Assembly: GCA_038209745.1 (NCBI GenBank)
Contig: JBBQXJ010000081.1
Span: 1-20,997, forward strand
DNA length: 20,997 nt
Origin: Verrucomicrobiota bacterium
GTDB taxonomy: Bacteria > Verrucomicrobiota > Verrucomicrobiia > Limisphaerales > CANJSG01
Reading direction: 5' to 3'
How positions within the stretch are numbered: the stretch's first letter is position 1; each line of letters opens with the position of its first letter. A program made the position numbers and the translations under genes. The notes below the pieces were generated by a model. It made no database searches. It was not told the DNA's origin and saw only the letters and a program-made list of their open reading frames with translations. Below are positions 8,107 to 17,593 of this stretch, one piece after another.

Positions 8107-8121
8107 TGGCATCCGTGCTGC
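8107..8121 (+). promoter_or_regulatory. possible sigma54 (-24/-12) promoter upstream of the prepilin-like gene
   Basis: TGGCATCCGTGCTGC has GG-N10-GC spacing, close to the TGGCAC-N5-TTGC consensus. Confidence 0.3.
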
Positions 8122-8288
8122 GCGGGCGCGCGATCCTCGAAAGCGCCTGTTGTTCCGGATCGGTTCCGGATCCGATTCACCCCTAGATTGGGCCGGTTGT
8201 TCGGTGCTTGGGCTGGGGCGTATCTGATGGGCTGGCGATTCCCGCGTTCACGGAAGTCCCGGTCCTGTTCCACCCGACAGTGCATGCC

Positions 8289-9116
8289 ATGACGTATCAT
8301 TCCGCATCGAATGCCCAACGGTCCCGAGCCGGATTCACCCTGATCGAGCTGCTGGTGGTGATCGCCATCATAGCGATCCTCGCGGCCATGCTGTTGCCCG
8401 CGCTCGGCAAGGCCAAAGCCCGGGCCCAAAGGATCGGCTGCCTCAGCAACGGCCGGCAAATGGGGCTCGGCAGCCAGATGTTCGCCATGGACGACGCCAA
8501 AGAGGCGCTGAGCGGCGTGGTCAACTACGGGGACGACGACCTAAACTGGCTCTATCCGGCCTATGTGCCGGCGGTGAAAGCCTTCCAGTGCCCTTCCACG
8601 AAGAACACGGTCCGACCGACCGAGACCAAAGCCATCACCGGCCTGATGGTCAGCCCCTACAGTTTCTCCGATCAATCCGGCGTGAAGCTCTACTCGGATC
8701 GGATCCACCACGAAGGCACCTATCTGGTCGATCTCGTCAACAACGCTCCCGGTCGCGAAGGTCTCACGGGCCACAGCTACGAGATCGCCGGGTTCTTCGC
8801 CGGGAACAACGCCAGCAACGTGAAACGCAAGACCCAGAGCTCGGTCTCCGGCTATGATTACACGCTCTTTGGCCCCTTCACCTATGGCAAGCGAGGAGGT
8901 CCCTCCGACATCTGGATCATTTACGACGCCGATGACAGGGACGCTGCGGATCCCCAGCGCAAGAACGAGGACTACCCGGATCCGGGCGACAACCATGGCA
9001 CGGATGGAGGCACCGTGATCTTTACGGACGGACACGCGGATTGGGTGAAACAGAAGGACTACCTGCGCAGCTTCGCCCTGGGCACGGACGAATCGCACGG
9101 GGTCGTCGTCCGATAG
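8289..9116 (+). CDS. prepilin-type N-terminal cleavage/methylation domain protein with C-terminal H-X9-DG motif (PVC-type)
   Basis: [35 protein letters not shown], and [15 protein letters not shown]. Start taken at ATG 8289. Confidence 0.92.
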   Translation: MTYHSASNAQRSRAGFTLIELLVVIAIIAILAAMLLPALGKAKARAQRIGCLSNGRQMGLGSQMFAMDDAKEALSGVVNYGDDDLNWLYPAYVPAVKAFQCPSTKNTVRPTETKAITGLMVSPYSFSDQSGVKLYSDRIHHEGTYLVDLVNNAPGREGLTGHSYEIAGFFAGNNASNVKRKTQSSVSGYDYTLFGPFTYGKRGGPSDIWIIYDADDRDAADPQRKNEDYPDPGDNHGTDGGTVIFTDGHADWVKQKDYLRSFALGTDESHGVVVR

Positions 9117-9229
9117 GAAGCGCGCAAGCGGCGGCGCGGCCTGTTCGTTCGGGCGATGGACCTGGCGGAACCAAAATGGGTGTCTGGATTTTCGATTCTC
9201 AGCGTGCTCCGAGTCGGACCCGCCAATGG

Positions 9230-9620
9230 TCAGCGGACGTGGGGCCGGACCGAGAATCGGCTCAGAGGGACGTGCATCAGGCTCTTGATCCACAGGGCGA
9301 TCAGCCGGAAGGGTTTTCCGATAAGATCCGCGCCGCCTGATTACGGCGATTCGACCTTGTTCTCGAAGTCCGTCTTAGCGTTCACGAACACCACGGGCGT
9401 GGTCCTATGCGCTGGAATCGACCGCATCTGTCCGCACAGCTCGAAGCCGCCCATGCCCGGCATTATCACGTCGAGGACGACAATGTCGAAGGGCTCGTTC
9501 TTGAGCAGTGAAAGAGCATCGGTGGATCTCTCGATCGCCACTCATTCCAATCCGCCCAGTTGCAGGGGGCTTCGACCGTCCCCCGGGGAAGGGGGTCTTC
9601 ATCCAACACCACCAACCGCC
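9230..9620 (-). pseudogene. degraded response regulator (REC domain)
   Basis: Pieces LVVLDEDPL.RGTVEA / frameshift / LQLGGLE*VAIERSTDAL..FDIVVLDVIMPGMGGFELC...PVVFVNA..ENKVESP*SGGADLIGKPF. In-frame stops at 9542-9544 and 9341-9343. The 5' boundary is approximate. Confidence 0.8.
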
Positions 9621-9860
9621 GCCGCCACCACCTCACCCCACGACTACCTCGGCTTTCATCCCCAGCGCAGGCTACGCTGCATTTTTTTGGTCACTGCTCC
9701 TGGCCAACGAAGGGGATCGAAGAGGCCGCGCTTCATTGAATCCAAACCGTCGGGAGATCGATGAATCCATATCTAGTTTGGGGTCTCCAGCGCTTTCGGG
9801 GGAAGCCCCCGGGGGCGTGGAACTGGCTCAATCCCCGATTCTCCTAGGATCCGCAGTTTG

Positions 9861-9944
9861 TGGTGCGCACGGCAGGACTTGAACCTGCATGCCTTGCGGC
9901 ACTACCACCTCAAAGTAGCGCGTCTGCCATTTCGCCACGTGCGC
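9861..9944 (-). tRNA. tRNA-Leu (anticodon GAG)
   Basis: GCGCACGTGGCGAAATGGCAGACGCGCTACTTTGAGGTGGTAGTGCCGCAAGGCATGCAGGTTCAAGTCCTGCCGTGCGCACCA: acceptor stem, long variable arm, GTTCAA T-loop, encoded CCA. Confidence 0.97.
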
Positions 9945-10059
9945 GTGACTGCGGGGGAACGAATGAACCAGCCACGTTTCATCGGTGCAAGCGCATTCTC
10001 CCTCTCTTTTCAGTTCCGACGGACAACTCGCCAAGGAGGGAAAGTTGACCGGGGACCGC

Positions 10060-10836
10060 CTATGGCGCCATCCTTGCCAGTTCCTTCTCGAGGGTTGAAG
10101 CGGGAAAGAACCTGCCGGGACAGCGGGTTCCGACAACGTTGATCTCTCGATGGGTTGTGATCCGGGAGTCACCGATCTTGCATCGGATCTCCAGAGCGAC
10201 GAGGAGCGCTTTGAGGCACTTCAACTGCGCGGTGGTCGGTTTCGTCTTCTCGAAGTTGCCGACGAGGCAGATACCAAGGCTGACTTTGTTCTGGGTGAGG
10301 CTGTGTAGATGGCCGCCGTCGATCTGTTGGACCCAGCGGTTGCCGACATAGATTTCGCCGTCTTCCATGCCGTGTCCGTTGCCGATGACAAAATGATAGG
10401 CAAGGCCGTTCTCCATATGTCTGACCCGCCTGTGATAGTTGTCCATTCCTTGGGCGCTGCCTTCAGCCGTTCCGCTGTGATGGAGGACGATGTTTTTCCA
10501 ACGTCCGGTTTTGACCTTGGCTTTGTCGATCGCTTTGCGGGCGGAGAGCGTGAGCGATGAGGCTTGGGGATCGGGAAGTGTCGAGGGAATGAGGAGAGTT
10601 TGCCCGATCTGCAGTCCGGCGGTGGGCTTAAGTCCGTTTGCTGTCGCCACACGGGACAGGCGGATTCCGTATTTCTTGGAGACGCTCGTGAGTGACTCTC
10701 CTTTGACGACGCTGTGGTTTCTCGGGTGGACTTTGCCGAGTTCGCCGGATGCTCCCCAAAGTCCTGCCACCATCAGCACTCCGACGGCGAGACACCACCG
10801 GAAGGGCTGCCATTGTCGACATCCGCAAATCCACAT
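10060..10836 (-). CDS. LysM domain + Amidase_2 (PGRP-like) N-acetylmuramoyl-L-alanine amidase
   Basis: HSVVKGESLTSVSKKYG....ANGL....LQIGQTL LysM; IVLHHS, AYHFVIGNG, SLGICLVGNF, H.E....T.CPG Zn ligands. Start uncertain. Confidence 0.9.
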   Translation of the reverse strand: MWICGCRQWQPFRWCLAVGVLMVAGLWGASGELGKVHPRNHSVVKGESLTSVSKKYGIRLSRVATANGLKPTAGLQIGQTLLIPSTLPDPQASSLTLSARKAIDKAKVKTGRWKNIVLHHSGTAEGSAQGMDNYHRRVRHMENGLAYHFVIGNGHGMEDGEIYVGNRWVQQIDGGHLHSLTQNKVSLGICLVGNFEKTKPTTAQLKCLKALLVALEIRCKIGDSRITTHREINVVGTRCPGRFFPASTLEKELARMAP

Positions 10837-10854
10837 GCCTGATTCCCTTAGCAG

Positions 10855-10885
10855 AAAAAGGCGGCGGCGGCCCAGCGCCTTTTTT
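10855..10885. terminator. second hairpin with A/T flanks downstream of infC
   Basis: aaaaaggcg-N12-cgcctttttt. Confidence 0.4.
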
Positions 10886-10911
10886 GGTCTTCGAAGAACG
10901 GGAGAGAAATG

Positions 10912-10941
10912 AAAACGCCGCCGACTCGAGAGTCGGCGGCG
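10912..10941 (-). terminator. intrinsic terminator of infC
   Basis: 11-bp stem cgccgccgact-cgag-agtcggcggcg followed by TTTT on the minus strand, 30 bp after the infC stop. Confidence 0.75.
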
Positions 10942-10970
10942 GTGTGGATTCAAAAAGATTCCCTGCGTCG

Positions 10971-11696
10971 TCAGTTCTGGACTTCCGATTCTGCGGTTTC
11001 GGCGGCGTTGTCCGGAACCGAGCCTTTTGAAGCGGGACCGCCGTCGTCCTGAGCTTCCTCTTCGTCCTCGCCCTCCTGAATATCAGGCGTGTGCAGGGCC
11101 TCGGAGTCGTCGTTCGAGGCGCCTTCGCCGGCTGGGTTCGGAGCCCGCTTGTTCTTGGGCAGCGGACTCATTATCAAGTTGATCGTGCGGCCTGAGAGTC
11201 GGGCCTCGGAGTCCGGATGACCCCATTGAACCGTCTTCTCGATGAAGCTGTCGATCACCCTGAAACCAAATTCTTTGTGCGCCATCTCGCGTCCCTTGAA
11301 TCGCAGACAGATCTTCACCTTCATATCCTCGCAGAAGAAGTTGATCGCGTGCTGGACCTTGATGGAGACGTCGTGCGGGTCGATGCGGGGAGTGAGCTGG
11401 ATCTCCTTGATCTGGTTCGCGTGCTGGGTCTTCTTGGTCTCCTTCTCCTTCTTGTTCTGCTCGTAGCGGAACTTGCCAAAATCAATGATTCGACAAACGG
11501 GAGGATTGGCTCCGGCGGCGATCTCCACGAGATCGACCCCGAGATTGCGAGCGGCGTTCAGCGCATCGCTGAGCGCCATGATCCCCAGCTGGTTGCCGTC
11601 GGGATCAATTACGCGAACTTCGCGGGAACGTATCTTGCCGTTGACGCGGGGACCTTGGACAAAAACCCGACCACGAGAAGGAAAAGGGCGACTCAA
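10971..11696 (-). CDS. infC: translation initiation factor IF-3, with acidic C-terminal tail
   Basis: RVNGKIRSREVRVID, DLVEIA....PPVCRIIDFGKFRYE, KEIQL.P.ID.HD, LRFKGRE motifs. TTG start preceded by GGTGAGG. Confidence 0.96.
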   Translation of the reverse strand: MSRPFPSRGRVFVQGPRVNGKIRSREVRVIDPDGNQLGIMALSDALNAARNLGVDLVEIAAGANPPVCRIIDFGKFRYEQNKKEKETKKTQHANQIKEIQLTPRIDPHDVSIKVQHAINFFCEDMKVKICLRFKGREMAHKEFGFRVIDSFIEKTVQWGHPDSEARLSGRTINLIMSPLPKNKRAPNPAGEGASNDDSEALHTPDIQEGEDEEEAQDDGGPASKGSVPDNAAETAESEVQN

Positions 11697-11773
11697 GACA
11701 CCCTCACCGGTTTGAGATTAAACATGAATCCGTATGTATTCCACTGAGCGTTGATTACTGTCACTCAAGGGCT

Positions 11774-11802
11774 GCTATAGCCAGCATGAAACCGGGCATC
11801 AA
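11774..11802 (-). promoter_or_regulatory. putative sigma70 promoter for infC
   Basis: Minus strand TTGATG-N17-TATAGC, ~80 bp upstream of the start. Confidence 0.4.
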
Positions 11803-12342
11803 GCCGAAAAAGAGCGGTTTTGACTGACCCCCGGCTTTTAGATGTCTCCGACCGTCGGTTGTCCGTTGTTCGGACTTCGCGGATCGTGAGCCGGGTCGCA
11901 ACCGTAAAGAAATGCTGATCTGGCGTTCCAGCCCTCCTATGGCCATGGCGATTCGTGACGATGGCGAGGAAACCCGCCTGTCTGTCGAACTGGCCAGAAC
12001 TCTCGTTGGTTACGCGCGTCAGAAGGTTGAACGGCATGGAGGAATCACGGGGCTCCACTTTGGGCATCCAATGACGCTTGAGGGCATCCGCAAACGTTTC
12101 GGCCGACAAGATCCGGCTGGCTTTGAAGGAATGGAACGGCCTGAAGCGAACGCCAAGGACGGGATGGGGTGGTTCCAATCGGGCTTGCTCAAATTGGAGC
12201 TGCTGTGGACCGGCGATCTTCCTTGGGGATCGTCTCTGCGCGGGCCACCTGTCGCTTTTTGCGTGGCGGTTAGGCTTGAGAGGGTCTTGGGCCGAAAAAA
12301 ACTTCTGCTAGCCTTGTGGCCAATTTGGGCCAGCTCCAGCCG

Positions 12343-12630
12343 CTAATGCCCGGCCTTGATCACCACATCGCCGCTTTTGATCCGGACGCAGCAAGTCAGG
12401 CGATACTTTTCCGGGTCCTTGTTCCACTGATCCAGAACATCAAGTTCCTCATCGGTAGGTGGTTCCAAGTTTTCCATGCCGCTGACCACTTCCGCCACGC
12501 ACGTGCCGCATGAGCAGTTGAAACACCCGGCTTCCATCTCCACTCCGGCCGTCTCCCCGGCTTCGAGGAGCAGCTCGCCCGCAGGCACTTCGGCAGAGAG
12601 ATTGGAGGGCAGGACGGTGAGTCGGGGCAT
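12343..12630 (-). CDS. 2Fe-2S ferredoxin
   Basis: C-x4-C-x2-C (CFNCSCGTC) ... RLTC motif; 95 aa, acidic. Confidence 0.92.
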   Translation of the reverse strand: MPRLTVLPSNLSAEVPAGELLLEAGETAGVEMEAGCFNCSCGTCVAEVVSGMENLEPPTDEELDVLDQWNKDPEKYRLTCCVRIKSGDVVIKAGH

Positions 12631-12756
12631 AATTGGCGCTTAAAAATATCTGTAGAAATCCGTTGGGAAGAGAGAAATGCGTGTCTTCCGCAAAGTCAAA
12701 CATCTGTCCGGTCCGACACCGGCTCGCGGCTGACGATTATTATTTTGAACAACAAC

Positions 12757-15195
12757 ATGGAATCGCCCGTTGCCATCAAGGGGTTTGGATCGGTTCCCGC
12801 CGGTGCTCTCCTGCATTCCTTGTCCTGTGAGTTGCGGCATCCGGTCTTGGCGTTGCCACAGCTTCTCGGCCAGTTGGCCGAGTCGTCCTTGGGACCCAAA
12901 CAGCGGGCCGCGCTCGAAGCGGCCGCCCAGCATGCCAGCCGGATTCAATCCCTCATGGCCGACGCCGAGTCTTGGGCGGCGCTCTGCACTGGCGCTCCGC
13001 TTCGCTGGAAGGCGATCTTCTCCATCAGGGACTTGATCGACGAGACCGTCGAGGCCTTCGAGCAAAAGGCCGGCCAGCAGCAAACCGAGATCCACTCCCG
13101 ACCTCCTTCGGTCGGCACCGATCTGGTGCGGGCGGAAGAATGCCTCATCGCCGTGGTGCTACAAAAACTGATTGGCCATTGCTTGGACCACACCCGCAAC
13201 GGCCACATCGTGGTCCAGGCGCGGTGCCAAGCGGTGACTGGAGAGCCTGCCCAATTGTTCGTCGAAATCCGCGACTCGGGAACCAAGATCGCGCCGGACT
13301 TCGTCGAGGGATATTTCGAGCCAGGTCGGACCGCCGGGAATCCGCGCTGCGGCGATCCCGGCTTCGGATTGGCCCTGGCCAAAGCACTCGTCGCGGCACT
13401 GGGTGGGGAGTTGACCGTGCAGGCGGGACCACTCGGCGGTGCCGCGTTCAAGTGCGTCTTCCCGGTGGAATGCGTGCCGGGCGCCGACACGGACACGGCC
13501 AGCACCGTCTTCAATTGCTTCCAAGCCTACCTCGTTCAGGACCGGCTGAAGACATCGAACCTGCTTCAGACGAAGATGCTCGATTGGTGTGGCACCTGCA
13601 TCAGGGTCGACGAGTCGACCCTTTGGCAGGAGCTGGACACGTTGAACAAAGCCGCCGTTCGGCAGACCTCGCTGGTGCTCGTGGATCTCAAGACGATGCC
13701 CGACAATCTCGATCTGGCCCGACGGATCGCGGGCCGAAAATTCTCCGCGTCCCTCAAGCTCGTCGCCATTGCCGACTCCAGTCTTCCCCCGAGCGAGGAA
13801 GCACTTCTGCACCACGGGTTCAGCGGCGTGATATCCCGTCCGTTTCGGGTTTCCGAGGTGCGCCGAGGCCTGGAGGCTGCGCTCTCCGGCGGACCGCTCA
13901 ATTCAGTCGGGTCCGCGCCGGCGATCAAGCCCGCGCCGTCCGGCCCGGTAGATCCGCAGAACCTGCGCCGGGTCCTCCTCGTCGACGACAATCCGATCAA
14001 CCGCAAAATCGGCATGCGGCAGTTGGAGCGCCTCGGTTTCCACGTCAAGACCGCCCACAATGGACAGGACGCCGTCGATGCCGTTCTCCGGGAACCGTGG
14101 GACGTGATCCTCATGGACTGCATGATGCCGGTGATGGATGGATTCGAGGCCACCCGGCAGATCCGCGCCAACGAATGCAACCAGTCCCGGAGCGGCGAGG
14201 TGCGCCGCGTTCTGATCGTCGCCCTCACCGCCAACGTCAGTGACAAGCATCGCGAACTTTGTTTCGAATCTGGCATGGACGAGTTCCTCGGAAAGCCGGT
14301 CCTCGCCGACGAACTCAAGGCGACGATCGACCGCCTCATGCTGGCTCCGCCGCGTCTCCCTCTCGCCGATCCTGTCGAGCGGGAGTCCGCTCCGGCGGCG
14401 GCTCCGCCGGTCGCGCAGTCCGTGGCACCGCCGCCTACGATTTCCGGGCCGCCTGCGGGGCTCGATCTCGCCCGGCTCAATGACATGACCGATGGCGACC
14501 AGATGATCATCGAGGAGCTGGTGAAGATGTATCTCGACCAGACCGACGGACAATTCGAGGAACTCGCCACCGCGGCCGCCAACGGACTCGCGACCGACGT
14601 GCGCCGGTTGGCCCACTCCGCTTGTGGCGCGAGCAGCTCCATCGGAGTCGTCGGCTTCGTCGCGGATCTCCGCGAGATCGAACACCGTGCTGAATCGGGT
14701 TCCCTCGGCGGTGTCCCGGAACTCATCGCCGGAGTCCGCTCCGTCTACCGATCAATCGCCGAATGGATGCGGACAAACCTGCTGGCCGCGCCGGCCGTGG
14801 CGGGCGCTTCCACGGCGCCGGCTCCGCTCGGCGAGTCTCCGATCGATCAGGCCGTCATCGATGCGCTCCGGATCACCGAGGGCGCCGAGTTCGAACCCTT
14901 CTTCGCGGAACTCGCGCGGTCGTTCACCGAGGAAGCAGGCCGCCGCACCCGCGAGCTGCAGGACGCCTTGCAGGCCAGGAGCCGTGAACGGCTCGTCCCG
15001 ACCGCCCGCGCGCTCAGGACCGCCGGGACGACCCTTGGTGCCAGTCGCGTGGCGAGCGCGTGTCAACGCATCGAAGAACTGCCCATGGGCGCCGAGTGGA
15101 ACGAAGTGGCGCATCAGATCCAGGCCCTCGATCGCGAGATCAGAACCGTGAGCGAACACCTGAGTCGCGAATTGTCCCAGGCAACCGGGGCCTGA
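12757..15195 (+). CDS. hybrid phosphorelay protein: degenerate HisKA-HATPase, atypical REC, canonical REC, Hpt, degenerate Hpt
   Basis: SCELRHP in place of SHELRTP; KLIGHCLDHT in place of the N box; DSGTKI G1; GFGLALAK G2; LLVDDNPIN..MDCMMPVMDG..ALTAN..KP REC; AHSACGAS Hpt; ARALRTAG second Hpt. Confidence 0.88.
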   Translation: MESPVAIKGFGSVPAGALLHSLSCELRHPVLALPQLLGQLAESSLGPKQRAALEAAAQHASRIQSLMADAESWAALCTGAPLRWKAIFSIRDLIDETVEAFEQKAGQQQTEIHSRPPSVGTDLVRAEECLIAVVLQKLIGHCLDHTRNGHIVVQARCQAVTGEPAQLFVEIRDSGTKIAPDFVEGYFEPGRTAGNPRCGDPGFGLALAKALVAALGGELTVQAGPLGGAAFKCVFPVECVPGADTDTASTVFNCFQAYLVQDRLKTSNLLQTKMLDWCGTCIRVDESTLWQELDTLNKAAVRQTSLVLVDLKTMPDNLDLARRIAGRKFSASLKLVAIADSSLPPSEEALLHHGFSGVISRPFRVSEVRRGLEAALSGGPLNSVGSAPAIKPAPSGPVDPQNLRRVLLVDDNPINRKIGMRQLERLGFHVKTAHNGQDAVDAVLREPWDVILMDCMMPVMDGFEATRQIRANECNQSRSGEVRRVLIVALTANVSDKHRELCFESGMDEFLGKPVLADELKATIDRLMLAPPRLPLADPVERESAPAAAPPVAQSVAPPPTISGPPAGLDLARLNDMTDGDQMIIEELVKMYLDQTDGQFEELATAAANGLATDVRRLAHSACGASSSIGVVGFVADLREIEHRAESGSLGGVPELIAGVRSVYRSIAEWMRTNLLAAPAVAGASTAPAPLGESPIDQAVIDALRITEGAEFEPFFAELARSFTEEAGRRTRELQDALQARSRERLVPTARALRTAGTTLGASRVASACQRIEELPMGAEWNEVAHQIQALDREIRTVSEHLSRELSQATGA

Positions 15196-15198
15196 CCG

Positions 15199-17076
15199 AT
15201 GAACCACACGAACCGACAACTTCAAGTCCTGCTGGTCGAGGACGACGCCACGTCCAAGCTGATCCTTGGCCGCGTCCTCGCGCAGCGCTACGAGGAGGTC
15301 CACTCGTTTGGTGCGGCGGAGCAGGCCCAGACCTGGTGCGCGGACAACGTTCCCAACCTCGTCGTCCTCGATCTCCAATTGCCCGGCATGTCCGGTCTCG
15401 GGTTCAGCCAGTGGATCCGCAGCCAGCCCTGGGGCGAGGACGTCTACATTCTCGTGGTCACCGGCAGCAGCGGCGCGGCCGATCTCCGGCAGGTCCTGAC
15501 CGCCGGCGCCAACGACTACGTCTCCAAGCCGCTCGACATCTCCGCTTTCCGCATCCGCCTGACCGTCGCCGAGGAACATATCCGCCAGATCTTTCGCCGT
15601 CGCGAGGTCCAGCTCATCAACCGCCGCATCATCGACGCGGCGCCCGACGGGTTCATCGTGATGAATTCCGGCGGCGAGATTCTCGACGTAAACCCGGCCT
15701 TCACCGGACTCGTCGGCTACGTTCGCGGAGAGCTGATCGGGAAGAATATTTCCATGATCGAGGATCCGGATCCGCAGGCGGGCCATCTCCTCCAGGTCAT
15801 CGGCAACCATCCCAGCGCGCATCTGGAGACCCGGTATCGCCACAAGGACGCCCGTTGGATCGATGTCGACATCTCGGCCACCCAGCTGAAGGAAGCCGAC
15901 ACCCGGATCTTTGTGTTCATCCGTGATGTCACCCAGCGCAAGAGGCAGCTGGAAGAGCACCTCCGCACCAGCAAACTGGAGTCGATCGGCCTGCTCGCCG
16001 GCGGCATCGCCCACGAGCTGAACAACGCGCTCACCGCGATCATCGGCAACATCTCCCTCGCCCAGAGCGAGGTGCCGAACGACCGCAAGCTCGCCGGGTT
16101 TTTCGGAAAGGCCCTCGATGCCACCCAGCGCGCCGGACGCCTCGCGCGGCAGCTCTTGACCTTCGCCAAGGGCGGCGAGCCCGCGAGGTCCGTCGTCAAT
16201 CTCCGACCCACCGTTCTGGGGGTCCAGTCCGAGCGCATCGGCCTTTCATCCGAACACCTCGAAATGGTGGTCGGAGACAATCTTTGGATGACCGATGTCG
16301 ACGAGGTCCAGATTCTCCAAGTGGTCGAGAATCTTCTCCTCAACGCCCGCGAGGCCAGTCCTCCCAATGCCAGCGTGGTCCTGGTCATGAAGAACGTGGA
16401 GATCAAGCCCGGCAGTAATCTCCGGCTTGCGCCCGGCCGCTACGTGCAGATCTCCGTCACCGACGTGGGGCCCGGTATTTCCCGCGAAGCCGTGGCCAAG
16501 GTGTTTGATCCGTATTTCTCCACCAAGGGCAGTGGTCGCGGACTCGGACTGGCCATCTGCCACTCCATCATTCGTCGCCACGGCGGCACCATCCAGGTCG
16601 AGTCGTCCTCCTCGGGTTCGAGGTTCGATGTCTTTCTGCCCGCCGTCACCTCGTTGGAGCCGCCAACGCCGCGGGAGCCAGGTTCACCGCCTTCTCCGAG
16701 CCTTCGCGTGCTGGTCATGGACGACGAGCCGACCATCCGCGAACTGCTCAGCCTTCTGCTCGAACGCGCCGGATTCAGTCCCACGACCGCGGCCGACGGC
16801 GAGGAGGCTTTGAAGCTGTTCGCGGAAGCGGCGAAGGTCGATCCCTTCCGGCTGGCGATCCTGGATCTGACCGTTCCAAACGGCCTCGGCGGCGTGGAGA
16901 CCACGCGTCTCCTCCTTGCACAGGATCCGAAGCTTCCGATCATCGTCTGCTCCGGCTATTCGAACGACCCGGTCATGGCCAACTACCGCGACTACGGGTT
17001 CAAGGGCCGCCTCCACAAGCCCTTCACCAACGACCAGCTCCTCCAGGTGCTCCAGGACATCACCGCTACGAAATAG
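15199..17076 (+). CDS. cytoplasmic hybrid sensor kinase REC-PAS-HisKA-HATPase-REC (CckA-like architecture)
   Basis: LLVEDD..LDLQLPGMSG REC; PAS (IIDAAPDG..VNPAF..GY...ELIG); GIAHELNN H-box; NLLLNAREA, DVGPGI, FDPYFSTK, GRGLGL; C-terminal REC with DLT..SGY..KPF. Confidence 0.95.
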   Translation: MNHTNRQLQVLLVEDDATSKLILGRVLAQRYEEVHSFGAAEQAQTWCADNVPNLVVLDLQLPGMSGLGFSQWIRSQPWGEDVYILVVTGSSGAADLRQVLTAGANDYVSKPLDISAFRIRLTVAEEHIRQIFRRREVQLINRRIIDAAPDGFIVMNSGGEILDVNPAFTGLVGYVRGELIGKNISMIEDPDPQAGHLLQVIGNHPSAHLETRYRHKDARWIDVDISATQLKEADTRIFVFIRDVTQRKRQLEEHLRTSKLESIGLLAGGIAHELNNALTAIIGNISLAQSEVPNDRKLAGFFGKALDATQRAGRLARQLLTFAKGGEPARSVVNLRPTVLGVQSERIGLSSEHLEMVVGDNLWMTDVDEVQILQVVENLLLNAREASPPNASVVLVMKNVEIKPGSNLRLAPGRYVQISVTDVGPGISREAVAKVFDPYFSTKGSGRGLGLAICHSIIRRHGGTIQVESSSSGSRFDVFLPAVTSLEPPTPREPGSPPSPSLRVLVMDDEPTIRELLSLLLERAGFSPTTAADGEEALKLFAEAAKVDPFRLAILDLTVPNGLGGVETTRLLLAQDPKLPIIVCSGYSNDPVMANYRDYGFKGRLHKPFTNDQLLQVLQDITATK

Positions 17077-17080
17077 CATT

Positions 17081-17593
17081 TCATGGCGCGCTCAGTTCGT
17101 TAACGGTTAGCCATTGAGGCAGGTCGGAGATCTTCCGAGAGTAGATTTGGAAAAGCCCACGCTCTTCTTCCTTCTTGCCGGAAGAATGTTTAAGCGACTC
17201 AGGTGGAATGTCTCCTCGGGGAACTAAAAACATTCGAACATCGTTGGGGTAGATGGCGATAAAGAGGATGTGAGTGTATGGATCCGACGGCCTGATGTTC
17301 TTCCATGAAATCATAGGCCGACCGTTCATGATTGAAACTCGGTTAGCTTTGATCTCGACCTTTTTTTCCTCAACCAACAGGTCAAAACCTGTGCGGTTGT
17401 TTGGGCACCTTGTTCCTCCCAACACCTTTTCCGCGAGCTGCTCAGTTATGGTTCCGAAAGTAGTCGTGGATAGCGATCTCATCCACTCGTTTCGAGACCC
17501 CTCCCAGAACGGGCTTGCCTCTACTGATTTCATTCCGTCCAGAATCGTTTGAATCTTGTTGGGGGTTTCTTCTCTCATAGAGACACGCGTCAT
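17081..17593 (-). CDS. PD-(D/E)XK restriction-endonuclease-like protein, 170 aa
   Basis: G..TE helix then FD-x8-EIK (GFDLLVEEKKVEIKA) catalytic pattern, followed by W.NIRP..Y..I.F. Visibly more AT-rich than its neighbours. Confidence 0.65.
   Translation of the reverse strand: MTRVSMREETPNKIQTILDGMKSVEASPFWEGSRNEWMRSLSTTTFGTITEQLAEKVLGGTRCPNNRTGFDLLVEEKKVEIKANRVSIMNGRPMISWKNIRPSDPYTHILFIAIYPNDVRMFLVPRGDIPPESLKHSSGKKEEERGLFQIYSRKISDLPQWLTVNELSAP

Noticed and set aside
8150..8178. Short tandem ttccggatcgg/ttccggatccg repeat and GATC-rich palindromes
   Set aside because: Only two short imperfect units with no spacer structure; not CRISPR-like and compatible with chance.
9861..9900. tRNA-Leu as attachment site of an integrated element
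   Set aside because: No second copy of the tRNA 3' end and no integrase were found within the window.
12972..16014. Multiple overlapping 200-420 aa ORFs within the kinase genes
   Set aside because: Alternate-frame or antisense ORFs lacking domain motifs. The two kinase frames explain the region.
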